From: the human T2T-CHM13v2.0 reference genome, Homo sapiens
Assembly (NCBI RefSeq): GCF_009914755.1
Contig: NC_060926.1
Length of the DNA: 64,000 nucleotides
Direction: 5' to 3' (one strand)
A model generated the notes under the pieces. That model made no database searches, was not told the DNA's origin, and saw nothing but the letters and a program-made list of their open reading frames with translations. A program made the translations under genes and the position numbers. This document shows, piece after piece, positions 47,004-60,426 of this stretch (the stretch's first letter is position 1; each line of letters opens with the position of its first letter).

Positions 47004-48901
47004 CTATTCAGGGGAAAAGAGAAAGTCAAGCTCATTCGGTAATGCAAAATGTAAGTTTCTTCATTTACTATTCATCATTATAAACAGACTTTTGGCAGGG
47101 CTAAATTGCATCTATAAAGATTATCCCTACATCGAAACTACTCATTTAACATACTGGAATTATATGGTCCTTCTCCTCCTGGAAAAAAATACAAAACAGC
47201 TTCAAACTATATTCCCTCCTCATTGGTTTTGTTTTGTCTGTAAAAAGAAAGTTATGGTGACTGATTTTAAAGGGAAAAGTGGAGCTCACAGATTCCAAGA
47301 TGAGAACTCTAATGATCACACAATGGTTCCTGAGTAACATAATCTTCACTCTCTCCAGTTTTCCTATTGCACAATAATAGGAAATTTTTTTAATAAGAAA
47401 ATTGACAGAATACAATATATAAGGGTCAAAAGACCTGGACCCTTGACCCAGCTCTGTCATTACTTACATGATTTGGGGCATGCCACTTATCTAGGTCTCA
47501 AGGTTTCATTCACAAAATGAGGTAACAATCTGTCCTGTGTCCTCTTTCACATATTGTCATAAATTATTAAAAGGTTACAGTTATAACTGCTGTTTATCAC
47601 TGTCATAAAATAAATGTCGTTTTTCCAGTGACTAACCCACTCCCAGGGTGTAAACTGGAACTATTTAAGCATTTAGAAAATGCAGCAATCCAGCCAGGAT
47701 ACTGTACACCTTAGGCTCTATCACTCTGCATTGCTTTAAATCAAGAAATCTGGGAAATCACCACTGATCGAACAAAGCTGTTGGGAAAAGGGAAAGAAAT
47801 GAAGTCTTAGAAGTACTTAAGCACAGCATTCAGCATATAATAGGTTCTCAAAAAATGTCAACTGTACTAAAAACCAAACTTTTTTGGTTAATTGAACAAC
47901 AACAAAACCAGCCAGCTACTGGTTCCAGTCCACTCTATGCATGGTCAGTCTCAATCCCTGGAGGCACGCCAGGCCCTCCAAGATGTGAACAGATTCCTGG
48001 TAGCCTCAGGAGGTGCCACAGGATGCACCTGGTAATATACTGACACTGTAGTGGGGGAGTTAATATACCTCGAAAAATGGCCAGCAGTTCCAAGGGAAAA
48101 TTCTCTCTGGGGAAGAGCACAACCGATTCAAGCAGCCATTTGCAGGCAATTCAGAAATTGCCACCACCACTGCTTCTTAACACTGAACACTACTAGAAAT
48201 TCCCCCTAGTAAAGAAAGATCACAGGGGCATAGTACTAATAATGACAGCCACTACAACTTATGAAATGTTTCCTATGTGCCTGATCCACCACATGGTTTA
48301 AATCTTCACAAAATCGTTCCTATGAGGCAGGCATTATTAACCCTGTTCTACACACAAGGAAATGAATCCAGAGAAAGAACTCGAATTTGTTTGTCTCCAA
48401 AGTCCAAGCTCTTAGCTGCTACACTTTCCCTCTCAAATGAGGCCTCCTGCACCTGGCAATATGAAGAGAAGTTCCAGGGATACTCCAAGTATCAGGTAAA
48501 ACTGCAGAATTATACCCAACTGTAAGTGTAAATTAAAAAAATAAATTATATAACACACACTGATCTACTAAGGAGTAAGTTGCAAAATTCATGGAAATTT
48601 TCAAAGTGTATGTTTATACAACTTTAAACAAATCTCCACTTCCTGTAGCTTTTGGCTAATACCTCACCACAACCCTCCACCAAACTATGCCTGTTAACCC
48701 TCAGACAGCAGCTCTACCTTCCACATAATATTCTAGAAGCACCTAACCTCTTTTACTACCTGAACACAAAGAGATCTAAAAATATTCTCATGCAGAAGTT
48801 ATCATTGTTCTCTAAGATTGAACTTATTCACCTTCTACAGTTAAGACAAGTTAACATCAAACATGCCCACGTCTACAGTTTAGAATTAAAATCTTCACAG
48901 T

Positions 48902-49318
<417 letters not shown>

Positions 49319-51483
49319 TTATATTAAAATACTTATAACTTTCAGCTGCTATCTACTTAGCCCTATTTTACTTGAGAAAGAATTTTGTTCTAGTAAAAGA
49401 TCTAAAAAGCATACAGGTTATTAGAGTAAGCACTCAATTCATAATAACGGGGAGGTAGAGCGCACATCATATAGTTAAGGATATTTTAAAAGTTTTACTA
49501 AATACAAATAAAGCTTGTAAAAACATTCCGTAGAAATGCATAGAGACAAGTAAATGAACTCTAAAACCAAAGTAAACTATTGATATACTACCCCTAATAT
49601 ATGAAAAAAAAAAAATACTGGATCCAGTAAGTTATGAAACTCTGAAGATACTTACAATAAATTCTACTAGCAAATAAGCCCTGAAATTTTGCAAGAAAAA
49701 TATGCGTGTTTTACTCAGTAAGAATGTAGTCATACATTTTTAATTAGGGTTTCCCAGCTAATAAGTTTAACTGCACGGCACAAGTGAAGAAACTCTTCGG
49801 ACAAGAGTAAAACCAAGGATCTACTCACTCTTCAATTATGAGACATAATTCACAGGCTGGCTTGTAAGACACAGGTGACCCACATTTTTATTAGTGTCCA
49901 CATTTGCAAAAATTTTAATCTAGCCCCTTAATATTCTCGGAGACTATAATCTAACACGTTTGAATCTTTAACAACAACAAAAAAAGGTAGTGGCTAAAAT
50001 TGCTAGTCATTTCTCCACCCTCCCAAAGGTGAATGGAACTTTCAACTCTAGACATCAGACTGTTTTGTTAGCAATCCTTTAAGGGCTTCAGTCTTCATTT
50101 TATTATTGGATACAAAACCTTTACTTATTTTAAAGTGTTCTCTGAAATACTCAATATAGTCCACGGCTGAGAACACTTTGCCGAACGTTTGGCATCTTCC
50201 TTAATCAGCATCCCACAGACAGGGTAGAGGTGACTTAAGAATGAAAGGCACAATAATCCCTGATATCTGGAATCAATAAAATCCATGACGTAAGCCTATA
50301 TAACTTTACACACCACAATTGTGGCAAAATTCATTTATTTGCCATTTATAAACGGGTCAGTAGTTTTCTTTAATACAGCTTACGTAATGTCATCGCCCAG
50401 TGCGTTTTCGGGTTTACACGTGTGGGTTAAAGAAATCTATGTCAAGATAACCTGTTCATCAAACTGTTTTTTAAACATTCAGAAAAAGAAACATAAACCA
50501 CAAAACGCATATTTTTATTCTAAATTTACAGTCTACGTTCCAACGAACGACTGTCATTATCTTTTATCAAATAATCTGTCCAACAGCAAAAGCACAACAG
50601 CAAAATACGTGGAAAGCATTCAAAGCATACATTGTGCCTGCTTCTATTTTCCAATGCGGAATGTAGGCAATGAAACCGCTCCAGAGAAACACACTGTTGC
50701 GAGGAATAAAGGCGGGTGTGCAAGTGGCTCGACTGCCAGCTCAGAAAAGCTCGCCTCCGAGATGTCACCTGGCACACTTGGTGGAGTCACCGAGACCCAG
50801 CCTCAGGGTCCTACTGCAGCTTCCTCATTACGGAGAGAGCTGAGGCCTGGGGAAACGGGGGCTGCTCTTTCACGCGGGCCCCGCAGCCCTTCACTTTGTG
50901 TGAAAATTCCCTGCGAAGGCTGCACGGCCGGTCCCCTCGGGAGCAGCCCCTGCCCCTGCGCCTCGGACCGTCCGACCCCGCCCACCTGCCCCGCGGCCCC
51001 CGCGAAAGCGCCGACTCCCGCGCAGCCCCCGGGTCCCACAGGCAGCTGTCCCTCCCCCTCCGCACCCCCCGGATCAGCACTTTGCTCCACTTTCCCCCAA
51101 AGTCGCCGAGCCCCGCCACGCCGGGGAGCGCCAGGAACGCACCAGGCGCCGAGCCGGCCGCAGAGAGGGCGCGCGACCCCGAGGGGTGCGCGGTGCGGGG
51201 CAGGGACGCTGGGAGGACGGCCCGGCCCGCGCCCCGCCGCCCGCCCCCGAGGCCCAGCCGCTCCCGGAGCCGGCCCCGCGCCCAGAGGCGCCAACAGCTC
51301 CCCCGCACAGAGCTCCGGCCGGGCCGCGGCGCAGTAGGCTCCTTTACCAGCAGGTGGATCTCCCGCAGCCCGGGGCCGCCAGCCCGGCCGCCGGCGCCGC
51401 CCCCAACTCCCGCGCCCTCCGCGCAGCCGCCCCGCGCCCCCTCCCGCCCCCGCGCGCCGCCGCTGCCGCCGCGAGCCCCTCAC

Positions 51484-51570
51484 CCGCCGCTGGCGTCGCC
51501 GTGCTCCCGCGGCTGCCGGCGGAGCTGCTGTAGCCGCCGCCGCCGCTGCCGCCGCCGCTGCGGGCCGCCC
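51484..51570 (-). other. MGAT4A: MGAT4A non-coding exon 1 (TSS approximate)
   Basis: Donor CGG|GTGAGG (GT at 51483-51482) just downstream of GC boxes and a CCAAT box in the CpG island. An alternative donor CTG|GTAAAG lies at 51348/51347. The 5' end is inferred from promoter motif spacing. Confidence 0.65.
51533..51561 (-). repeat. Interrupted (CGG/GCG)n tract in exon 1 5'UTR
   Basis: Plus strand gccgccgccgccgctgccgccgccgctgc. Confidence 0.85.
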
Positions 51571-53079
51571 CGCCCGCCCCGCCGGCTCCGCCCCCGCCGC
51601 TGGAGCGCCCGCCCCGCCCCGCCCCGCCGGGCCGCCCCGACCCCGCCAGCCATTGGCCGGCCCCGCGGGCCCCGCGCCCCGCGCCCCGCGCCCCACCAGT
51701 GGCCCGCGCGACTGTCACTTAGGGGCGCCGCCACGCAGCCTGCGGAGCGTTCGGGAGGCTGGCCCGGCTCATCGGTGTCACGGCGAGGTCCGGAGCGGAG
51801 CCGCGGTCTCGGGTCCCAGCTCTGGGCGCCGGCCTGCTCCCCGCCGCCCCGCTGCCACATCTGGCTGAGATCCTCCCGGCGCGTGCAGGGACCGCTCCGG
51901 CGGCCAACAAAGGCCCGGGCGAGCCCTCGGCCTGCGCCTCGGCGCGCGACCCGACCACCCGGGGCTGCCCCAGCTCCCAGGCGCCTGCCTGCCTCGACCC
52001 GGCCCCTTCCCAGCGGCGCGCCCCGCTCCGGGCCGCCCAAACTGGGCGGCCTCCCCGGGGACAGGTCCCGGGCCCAGCCCCACAGGAGCTCCCGAGGCCC
52101 CGCGGACGGTCGCGACAGCCCCAACTTCCCGGTGAGAACCCCGCGAATCGGCCAGAAGGGCTGATTTCAGCAACTGGGAAGGAGAAAAACAACTAGGGTT
52201 TCAACGCACATCGTTGGGTGCTAATGCCCCTGATTTTCCACTATGCCCCGTTTTCTTGAACCCCATGTCCTTATCTGTCGCCGTTTCACAAGGTTAGAGG
52301 TTAACTTCAAAGGCAAAAAACTGACTCGTTTGTAGAAAGCCTGGGTGGTCTGTCCCTGTTTTTCATAGTATCCATAGGACTTGTGCTAACAGTAACTACC
52401 CCTGGGTACGTCCTCTTTTGAATACTTAACTGTATAGCAGGCAACCGTATAGCAGGCATGGGTGTTAGATCGTTTATTGCATATCTCATGTTTTAAATTT
52501 ATTCCCCATTTTTCATAAGAGGAAACTAGCTGAGAGGTGAAAGGGCTTGCCCAAGGTCACACAGCTGGTAATGGTTCAAAAACAAGGGATGTGTTAACTT
52601 TATTGCCGCAATAATCCTTACAGCAATCCTACCGAGTAACCTGTAAGGGAATTGAGGGGCCAAAGATCAAGGAGGCAGCCTTGTTCCTGCCAAACTCCCA
52701 AAGTAATAAGTAGATTCTTTTCAGAAAACAGTAATTTCAATAATCGAAAACTCTTAAGAGGCATCAATCAGAACAGGGTCCCCTCCCCACCTCCGATAAA
52801 TTCCATTATTTTTATCTCAAGATAAGAATAATTAATAATCAGCTAGAACATGCATGGAGTTATCAGCCTTCCCATGTTGAGGTTTCTCCATGACGGCTAA
52901 TTTAAAACTTCAGGAAGAGACACGTAACATCCCTGCTCCCATAGTCTCTTACTAGTTTAGGGGAACCATACCAAAAGATCTGTCCACTGCCCAGCACTGT
53001 GGACACAACTTGGGGGATCACAGCCATGATATCCAATGACAGCTCTTCCCTCTACTTTGAGTGTGTTTTCTCTCTACTT

Positions 53080-53436
53080 CCGGTTTGGCTGTGTCCCCAC
53101 CCAAATATCATCTTGAATTGTAAATCCCACAATTCCTGTGTGGTGGGAGGAACCTGGTGGGAGGTAATTGAATCATGGGGGAGGGTCTTTCCCATGCTGT
53201 TCTCGTGATAGTGAATAAGTCTCACGAAATCTGATGGTTTTAAAAAAGGGAGTTTTGCTGCACAAACTCTCTTTGCCTGCCACCATCCATGTAAGAAGTG
53301 ACTTGCTCCTCCTTGCCTTCCACCATGATTGTGAGGCCTCCCCTGCCATGTGGAACTGTAACTCCATTGAACCTCTTTTGTCCGTTGCCCAGTCTTGGGT
53401 ATGTCTTTATCAGCAGCATGAAAACGGACGAATACA
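53080..53436 (+). mobile_element. THE1-type MaLR solo LTR
   Basis: ggtttggctgtgtccccacccaaat...gaggcctcccctgccatgtggaactgt...cagcagcatgaaaacggacgaataca. Confidence 0.9.
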
Positions 53437-53991
53437 TTGGGGACCTGAAAGCCAGGTTTCCTGTATTCTATGACAAAGCCATTGCCAAGTAGCAAGCTGG
53501 CAATTTGATTCATGACCAGATGTAAACAGAGGTAAAGACTGAGACCATTCCAAGGTAAAGCTTTTAATACATTGTTGGATATATCCTGCCTAAAATATCT
53601 CCTAGGAATAGATGATTCTAGGCTTTGCTATTACAGTGCTCTTAATGACAGACAAGCAAACTACTTCTTGCAGAGGAAGAAAGTCCTGCCATTTGATAAC
53701 ATCATGGAGAATGCCCCCAAGCCATTTTCATGAATTACCCAAAAGACCAAATGGAACAGGAGCTATTATCCCTATTTTATTCACGAAGAAACTGAGGCCC
53801 TGAGAAATTAAGACATTTGACAGATACAAACAGTAATTTAGGCAATTAGTAAATGTTTGAATCAGAGTTCAAATCCAGGTCTGTTTGATTCCAGAGCCCC
53901 TACATCACCCCTCCAGACTATCTCTCTGCTCACATCTTCAGCAAGTTACAAAATTTTGTTGAGTGGATGAATATTTTTACATATATTTCCC

Positions 53992-54702
<711 letters not shown>

Positions 54703-55834
54703 CTATAAGCAGAGGCATATGTCAGAGGAGAAAGGAATAGGGGGAAGGACAAACTTCAGTTATAGACTCCACCGGCTTATTCAGATAAAAAGCGGAATTT
54801 CCCCTGCACTCTGGGTAGTGGAGGAAGCACAGCAGAAGACAAAAAGTGTACAGGAAAAACACAACTGCTTTCACTTGGAGGCTTTTTTGATACTTCGTTG
54901 CTGCTTCAACTGGCAGCAGAAGGGCAGGTTTTGGAAAATAGGGTTACACTTATCTCAAACCATATACATTGTAGCTCAGGAAAGTCTGGATTTCAGTGAG
55001 TTGTCCCAAGAAACTGGAATGCCATAGAATATATTATTCCAAGGTATAGGGTATAATTGGTTGATGATTCATGTTAACTTAGCAGAGTTTATGATCCTGG
55101 ATTTTCCAACTAAGTCCATAGTATCTGTTAATAATCAAAGACAATCCATCCAAACCCCACTGAATCCCATTCCATATCTTTTTCTCTTTTTAATATTGTT
55201 GATGATGATTCTCCTCCTCTATCACTTCCTTTTTATTTATTCTCTACTTCTACAGTTTCTGTTTCTGCCTTTATTTCTCAGTGGAATTGTACCCAAGAGG
55301 TTCTGCCAGAACTTTACCATTTATTTTGTAGTCTGTCCCCAACAAAGCTTCTATGTTGAGGCTGTTTTCCTTTCCACACACATTTTTGCTGTTCCACAAA
55401 CTTTTTCTGAGTGCCTATGATTACAGAGGCAGCTGTTATCTAACCACAAAGTGCTCACAGTAGAAGAAATGGGTAAGTAATTAAACCATAGTACAATGCT
55501 ACAAACGCACAGTTCTGGGACAGCCGATAGGATTAAGCCATCTGGGGGCAAGGAAGCCTTCCTGGAAGTGATATCTGAGCTAAAAGCAGAGTACACACAG
55601 GGAGTGAATCTTTTCCTTTTATCTCTTTGATGGTAAATGGCTGTTGGTGGGGCCATGCCTATAGCAGTCAGCTTCTAAGAATTCAAGCACATAATCTCTA
55701 GTTTTCTTTTCTACCCCAGCCCCCTCCATGCATTAACAATCAAGCTTGCATTATTTATGAATATTTATAAAGATTGTGTTTTCTGGCTTCTTGGCTACTA
55801 GCTCTAGTGAGATTCTTTCCCCGACCCAGTGTAA

Positions 55835-56237
<403 letters not shown>

Positions 56238-56569
56238 TCCCTGGCTTTTTTAAATGTATATGCACAAACGGTAGGAGACCTCTCCATTGTAATTGATCAA
56301 CAGTGCACTCAATCACTTTCATCCAGAAACTAGATAAACTGGGACCAAGGTGAACAGTGTAGAGTCTATTAACTCTTTGTTAGATGCAGAGTGTTTCAGA
56401 CACAGCATACAAACTATTTCTGTTGTATAATCAGACAGGGCACGGGAGGCCCAAGAAATTAAGGAGAGAAAATTCAAACAGAACCAACCACTGTGTATAT
56501 TCAACTCTAGGTGGATGTTAAGTTTCATCCAGATGAAAGACCTTAGATTTCTAACAGAACTGAATTATT

Positions 56570-56871
56570 ATTTTTTTATTTTTATTTTTTGAGACAGGGT
56601 TTCACACCCATCACCCAGGCTGGAGTGCAGTGGTGTGATTTCAGCTCACTGCAAGCTCCATGTCCCAGGCTCAGTGATTCTCTTGCCTCAGCCTCCCAAG
56701 TAGCTGGGACTACAGGCACACACCACCATGCTTGGCTAACTTTTGTATTTTTTGTAAAGACAGGGTTTTGTCATGTTGCCCAGGCTGGTCTTGAACTCCT
56801 GAGTTCAGGTGATATGCCCACCTTGGCCTCCCAAAGTGCTGAGATTACAGGTGTGAGCCACTGTGCCCAGC
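56570..56871 (-). mobile_element. Alu (J/S)
   Basis: Reverse dimer. Confidence 0.92.
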
Positions 56872-57716
56872 AAAATTATTCTTATTTTTAAATTTTTATT
56901 CTTCCCCCCACACCTTTGCCCAAAGAGAGAACCCTTGAAAGATGCCTTTTCTATTTCACTTTCATACCACTGGGGAAGATGTTATCTATCAAGTGACTCA
57001 TACAAATGTCAGGTTGTGTGGCTACACAATTATGAAATTGTAAGTGTTTACCATGCTTAAGTGTTGTGGCTGTTGGTATTTACATAATGTACACAAGGCA
57101 TTCCTAAAATTTTTACAGAAAACTCTAGAGAATCCAACCTGTCTTAGTGGGGGACAGGCTACCCTGCATGCATTGTTAGAACAAACAACAATGCTGAGTG
57201 GCAGCAAAAGTCTCTGTCAAGATGGTTTAGAAAGCTTGAAGGGATCACCCCTCCCTTGTAAGGGATGTAGCCGCATCGTTCAAGCTGACTCACTTATTTT
57301 CATTATATTCAATGTATACTCAGAAGACACAGTGGAAGAGAATTGTGTGCCAGACAATTACAGAGCTTTGGAGATTTTTTTCTTTTCTTTTTCTTCTTTT
57401 ATAAATTTGGTACTTGTAAAAGTTACTGGATGAACAGCCCTGTATCTGAAATCTGCCCATGCATAAAACCAATTCAAGCAATTCAACTGTGCTACTCTAT
57501 CAGTACCTTTCAAAGAGAATAAAAATCTTTGTTCACATCAAACATCCAGTACCCTGACTGCCAATTGTTGGAGTTATGGGTATCTGGAAAACAGAGTCTA
57601 TGCTACCTTGTCATGGCCTCGGATGTTTCTTTATCCTCTTTTAGGGCAACTGACCATATCCCTACAAGTAGGTGTTTGTGAAAGCCAGAGTCCAGTCAAG
57701 AAAAAAAGGTGGAGGG

Positions 57717-58009
57717 GGCCAGGCATGGTGGCCCATGCGTGTAATCCCAGCACTTTGGGAGACCAAGGCAGGCAGGTCAGTTGAGGTCAGGAGTTCAAGA
57801 ACAGCCTGGCCAACATGGTGAAACCCCACCTCTACTAAAAGTACATAATTAACTGGGCATGGTGGCACGCGCGTGTAATCCCAGCTACTCAGGAGGCTGA
57901 GTCAAGAGAATCGTTTGAACCCAGGAGGCGGAGGTTGCAGTGAGCCAAGATTGCACCATTGCACCCCAGCCTGGCAACAAGAGCGAAACTCCATCTCAAA
58001 AAAACAAAA
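57717..58009 (+). mobile_element. AluS
   Basis: Full dimer. Confidence 0.93.
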
Positions 58010-59337
58010 AGCATATTAGGCATCATTTCAAGCCAAACCAGAAGCTGGTCCTGGAAACATGAGGGAATGGAGAACTATAAGCCTCTCAGATCTTTCAGGT
58101 CAAGTGGGATTTATACGGATTCTAGAAAACACCTCTCTTATTTACATTGTTCTTAAAAGAGACCATTCACGTGTCTCATGGCAGCCATCAGGACAGTATC
58201 ACTGGTAAAGAGAGACTACTCTATCAGTGCCTCTGTGTTGAGCTCTCATCACGTGATCAGCTGTCTGAAAGACAGAAGTGTAAAATGTGGTCTTGGCCTT
58301 CAAGGAGTTTACAGTCTGGTTGGAGGAAAACCCAAGACCCGCCTCTTCTCATGCCTGCTCGCCTCTAACCTCTGGCCCTCAAGCTGAGCCATTCCCCCTT
58401 CTATGCTGTGACACACACAGCTGCCTCTGGCAGACTCACTCCCATGTCCATCCCACTGCCTCCTTGGCTAACTAGCATCCTTCAAGACTCAGCTGGAAGC
58501 CACCTGCCTAGGAAGCCTCCCCTTACCCACATGCCTGGGAAAGACACCGGCTGCAATCTGTCCCTACTCCTATCAGAGCATGTAGCCTCACTCTGAGTTT
58601 CCAAGCTGGTTTGCCACACGTAGGTTAGAGGAAGGCAAGCCTGAGAGTTTCTCAGCCTTTGGAGTGTCTGGGTGCTGGGTGGGACCTGGAGCCAGCTACA
58701 AGCAGCCCAAGGTGCCATGATAAATATTTTCATTTTCTCTGTGTTTTATTAAGTGAAAAAGGCTTGGCAGCACCACTATCATCTGCTAATGTATTTGCCT
58801 CATTCACCCAGCTCTTGAGGGCAGAGACTGTCTTAGTCATCAATATGTCCCAGGCACCTGTTCATTGACAGAATGGAGGAGGACTTTGTGGGAGAGAACA
58901 GACTTGATCTGAACCTTGAAGAACAGATGTCGGATTTGGACCTGTGCAGAGAAAAAGGAAATACACATGATAAGAGAAGGAGCACACCTGCAAGGTCACA
59001 AAGAGGGTGGTACACACTCAGTGTTCCTGGCACCTGGGCAGGATAGGCTGGCCAAGATGGACGGTGTGAACAGAGGCATCATGGGAAATGTGTCATGCCA
59101 TGGAAGCTGTGCAGGAGGGTTCGCACCTCAGGCTTGGGTAAGAAGAAAGCACTGAAAATTTCCGAAGAGAGAAGCAACATTATAACAAAAATATTTCAAG
59201 ATGAGTCTGAAAAAAGGACAAATTGAGCAGAGGAAGTCTGATGTCACTGACACCAACTAGGGAGTTGCTGTGTAATATTTTCACCTGAGTGAAAAAAAAA
59301 TGGATCTTGTGATCATCAAAAAAAATACTTATTGATG

Positions 59338-59628
59338 GGCCAGGCATGGTGGCTTACACCTGTAATCCCAGCAGTTTGGGAGGCCGAGGCAGGTGAATCA
59401 CCTGAGGTCAGGAGTTCAAGACCAACCTGGCCAACATGGTGAAACCCTGTCTCTACAAAAATATAAAAATTAGCTGGGCATGATGGCAGGTGCCTGTAAT
59501 CCCAGCTGCTCAGGAGGCTTAGGCAGGAGAATCACTTGAACCCAAGAGGCAGAGGTTGCAGTGAGCTAAGATTGTGCCCTTTTACTCCAACCTGGGTGAC
59601 AGAGAGAGACTCCACCTCAAAAAAAAAA
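59338..59628 (+). mobile_element. AluS
   Basis: Full dimer. Confidence 0.93.
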
Positions 59629-60117
59629 TTACTGAGCTGCAACAATATGTCCAGTCTACATACCTCTACTACAGACCCTTAGTAAATATTTGCTCATTGC
59701 CTTGGTTTTGCTTCCTATCTGAAACTGTACATTGGTATAGGATTAAATTCACAAGGCTTAAGACAGGATAAAGGAGAGCAGGGAAAGAGAGCTGTCTTCA
59801 GTACATGACCAAATGTACTAATATTAGTGTCTCAGAGGCAATTGAAAATGCCATATTGCTTCAGAAATGAACTGTAGTAAAAACTAAGGTGTCTCTTTAC
59901 AGAAAAGAATCTTCTGGAATTCTGAAGCCTCCATTCAATAGACTTGTTCAAGTCGGCATCTACATAAGGGAAGCATCTGTCTGGGAAGAGAGAGACAGCA
60001 TAAGAAATCAACAATGCCTTCCAAAAATAAAATATTCATTCATGGAAGCATCAATAACATATTCCAAGATAATTTCCGCAAAGTGCACTGTAACACTGTA
60101 AACCTAATTTTAACAAA

Positions 60118-60426
60118 TTCTTTTTCTTTTTCTTTTTCTTTTTTTGAGACAGGGTCTTGCTCAGTCACCCAGGCTGGAGTGTAGTGGCACAATCGGGGCT
60201 CAGTGCAACCTCAACTTCTCGGGCTCAAGCGATCTTCCTGCCCCGCCAAGGAGCTGAGACTACAGATGTTTGCCACCATACCTGGCTAATTTTTATTTTA
60301 CATTTTAGTAGTGACAAGGTTTCACCATGTTGCCCAAGCTGGTCTCAAATTCCTGAGTGCAAGCAACCCATCCGCCTCAGCCTCCCAAAGTGCTGAAATT
60401 GCAGGCATGAGCTACTGTGCCCGGCC
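60118..60426 (-). mobile_element. AluJ
   Basis: Reverse dimer, diverged. Confidence 0.9.

Larger units (their letters stand above)
50850..52160. promoter_or_regulatory. MGAT4A: CpG island / MGAT4A promoter
   Basis: About 1.3 kb of very GC- and CpG-rich sequence against CpG-depleted flanks. Tandem GGGCGG boxes (minus) at ~51565-51630 and CCAAT (plus ATTGG 51652-51656, minus GGCCAATGG). No TATA seen. Confidence 0.93.

Noticed and set aside
50321-52192. Long overlapping ORFs (338, 482, 297, 214 aa, etc.) on both strands
   Set aside because: Pro/Arg/Ala/Gly low-complexity shadow ORFs caused by stop-codon scarcity in a CpG island; no recognisable domain.
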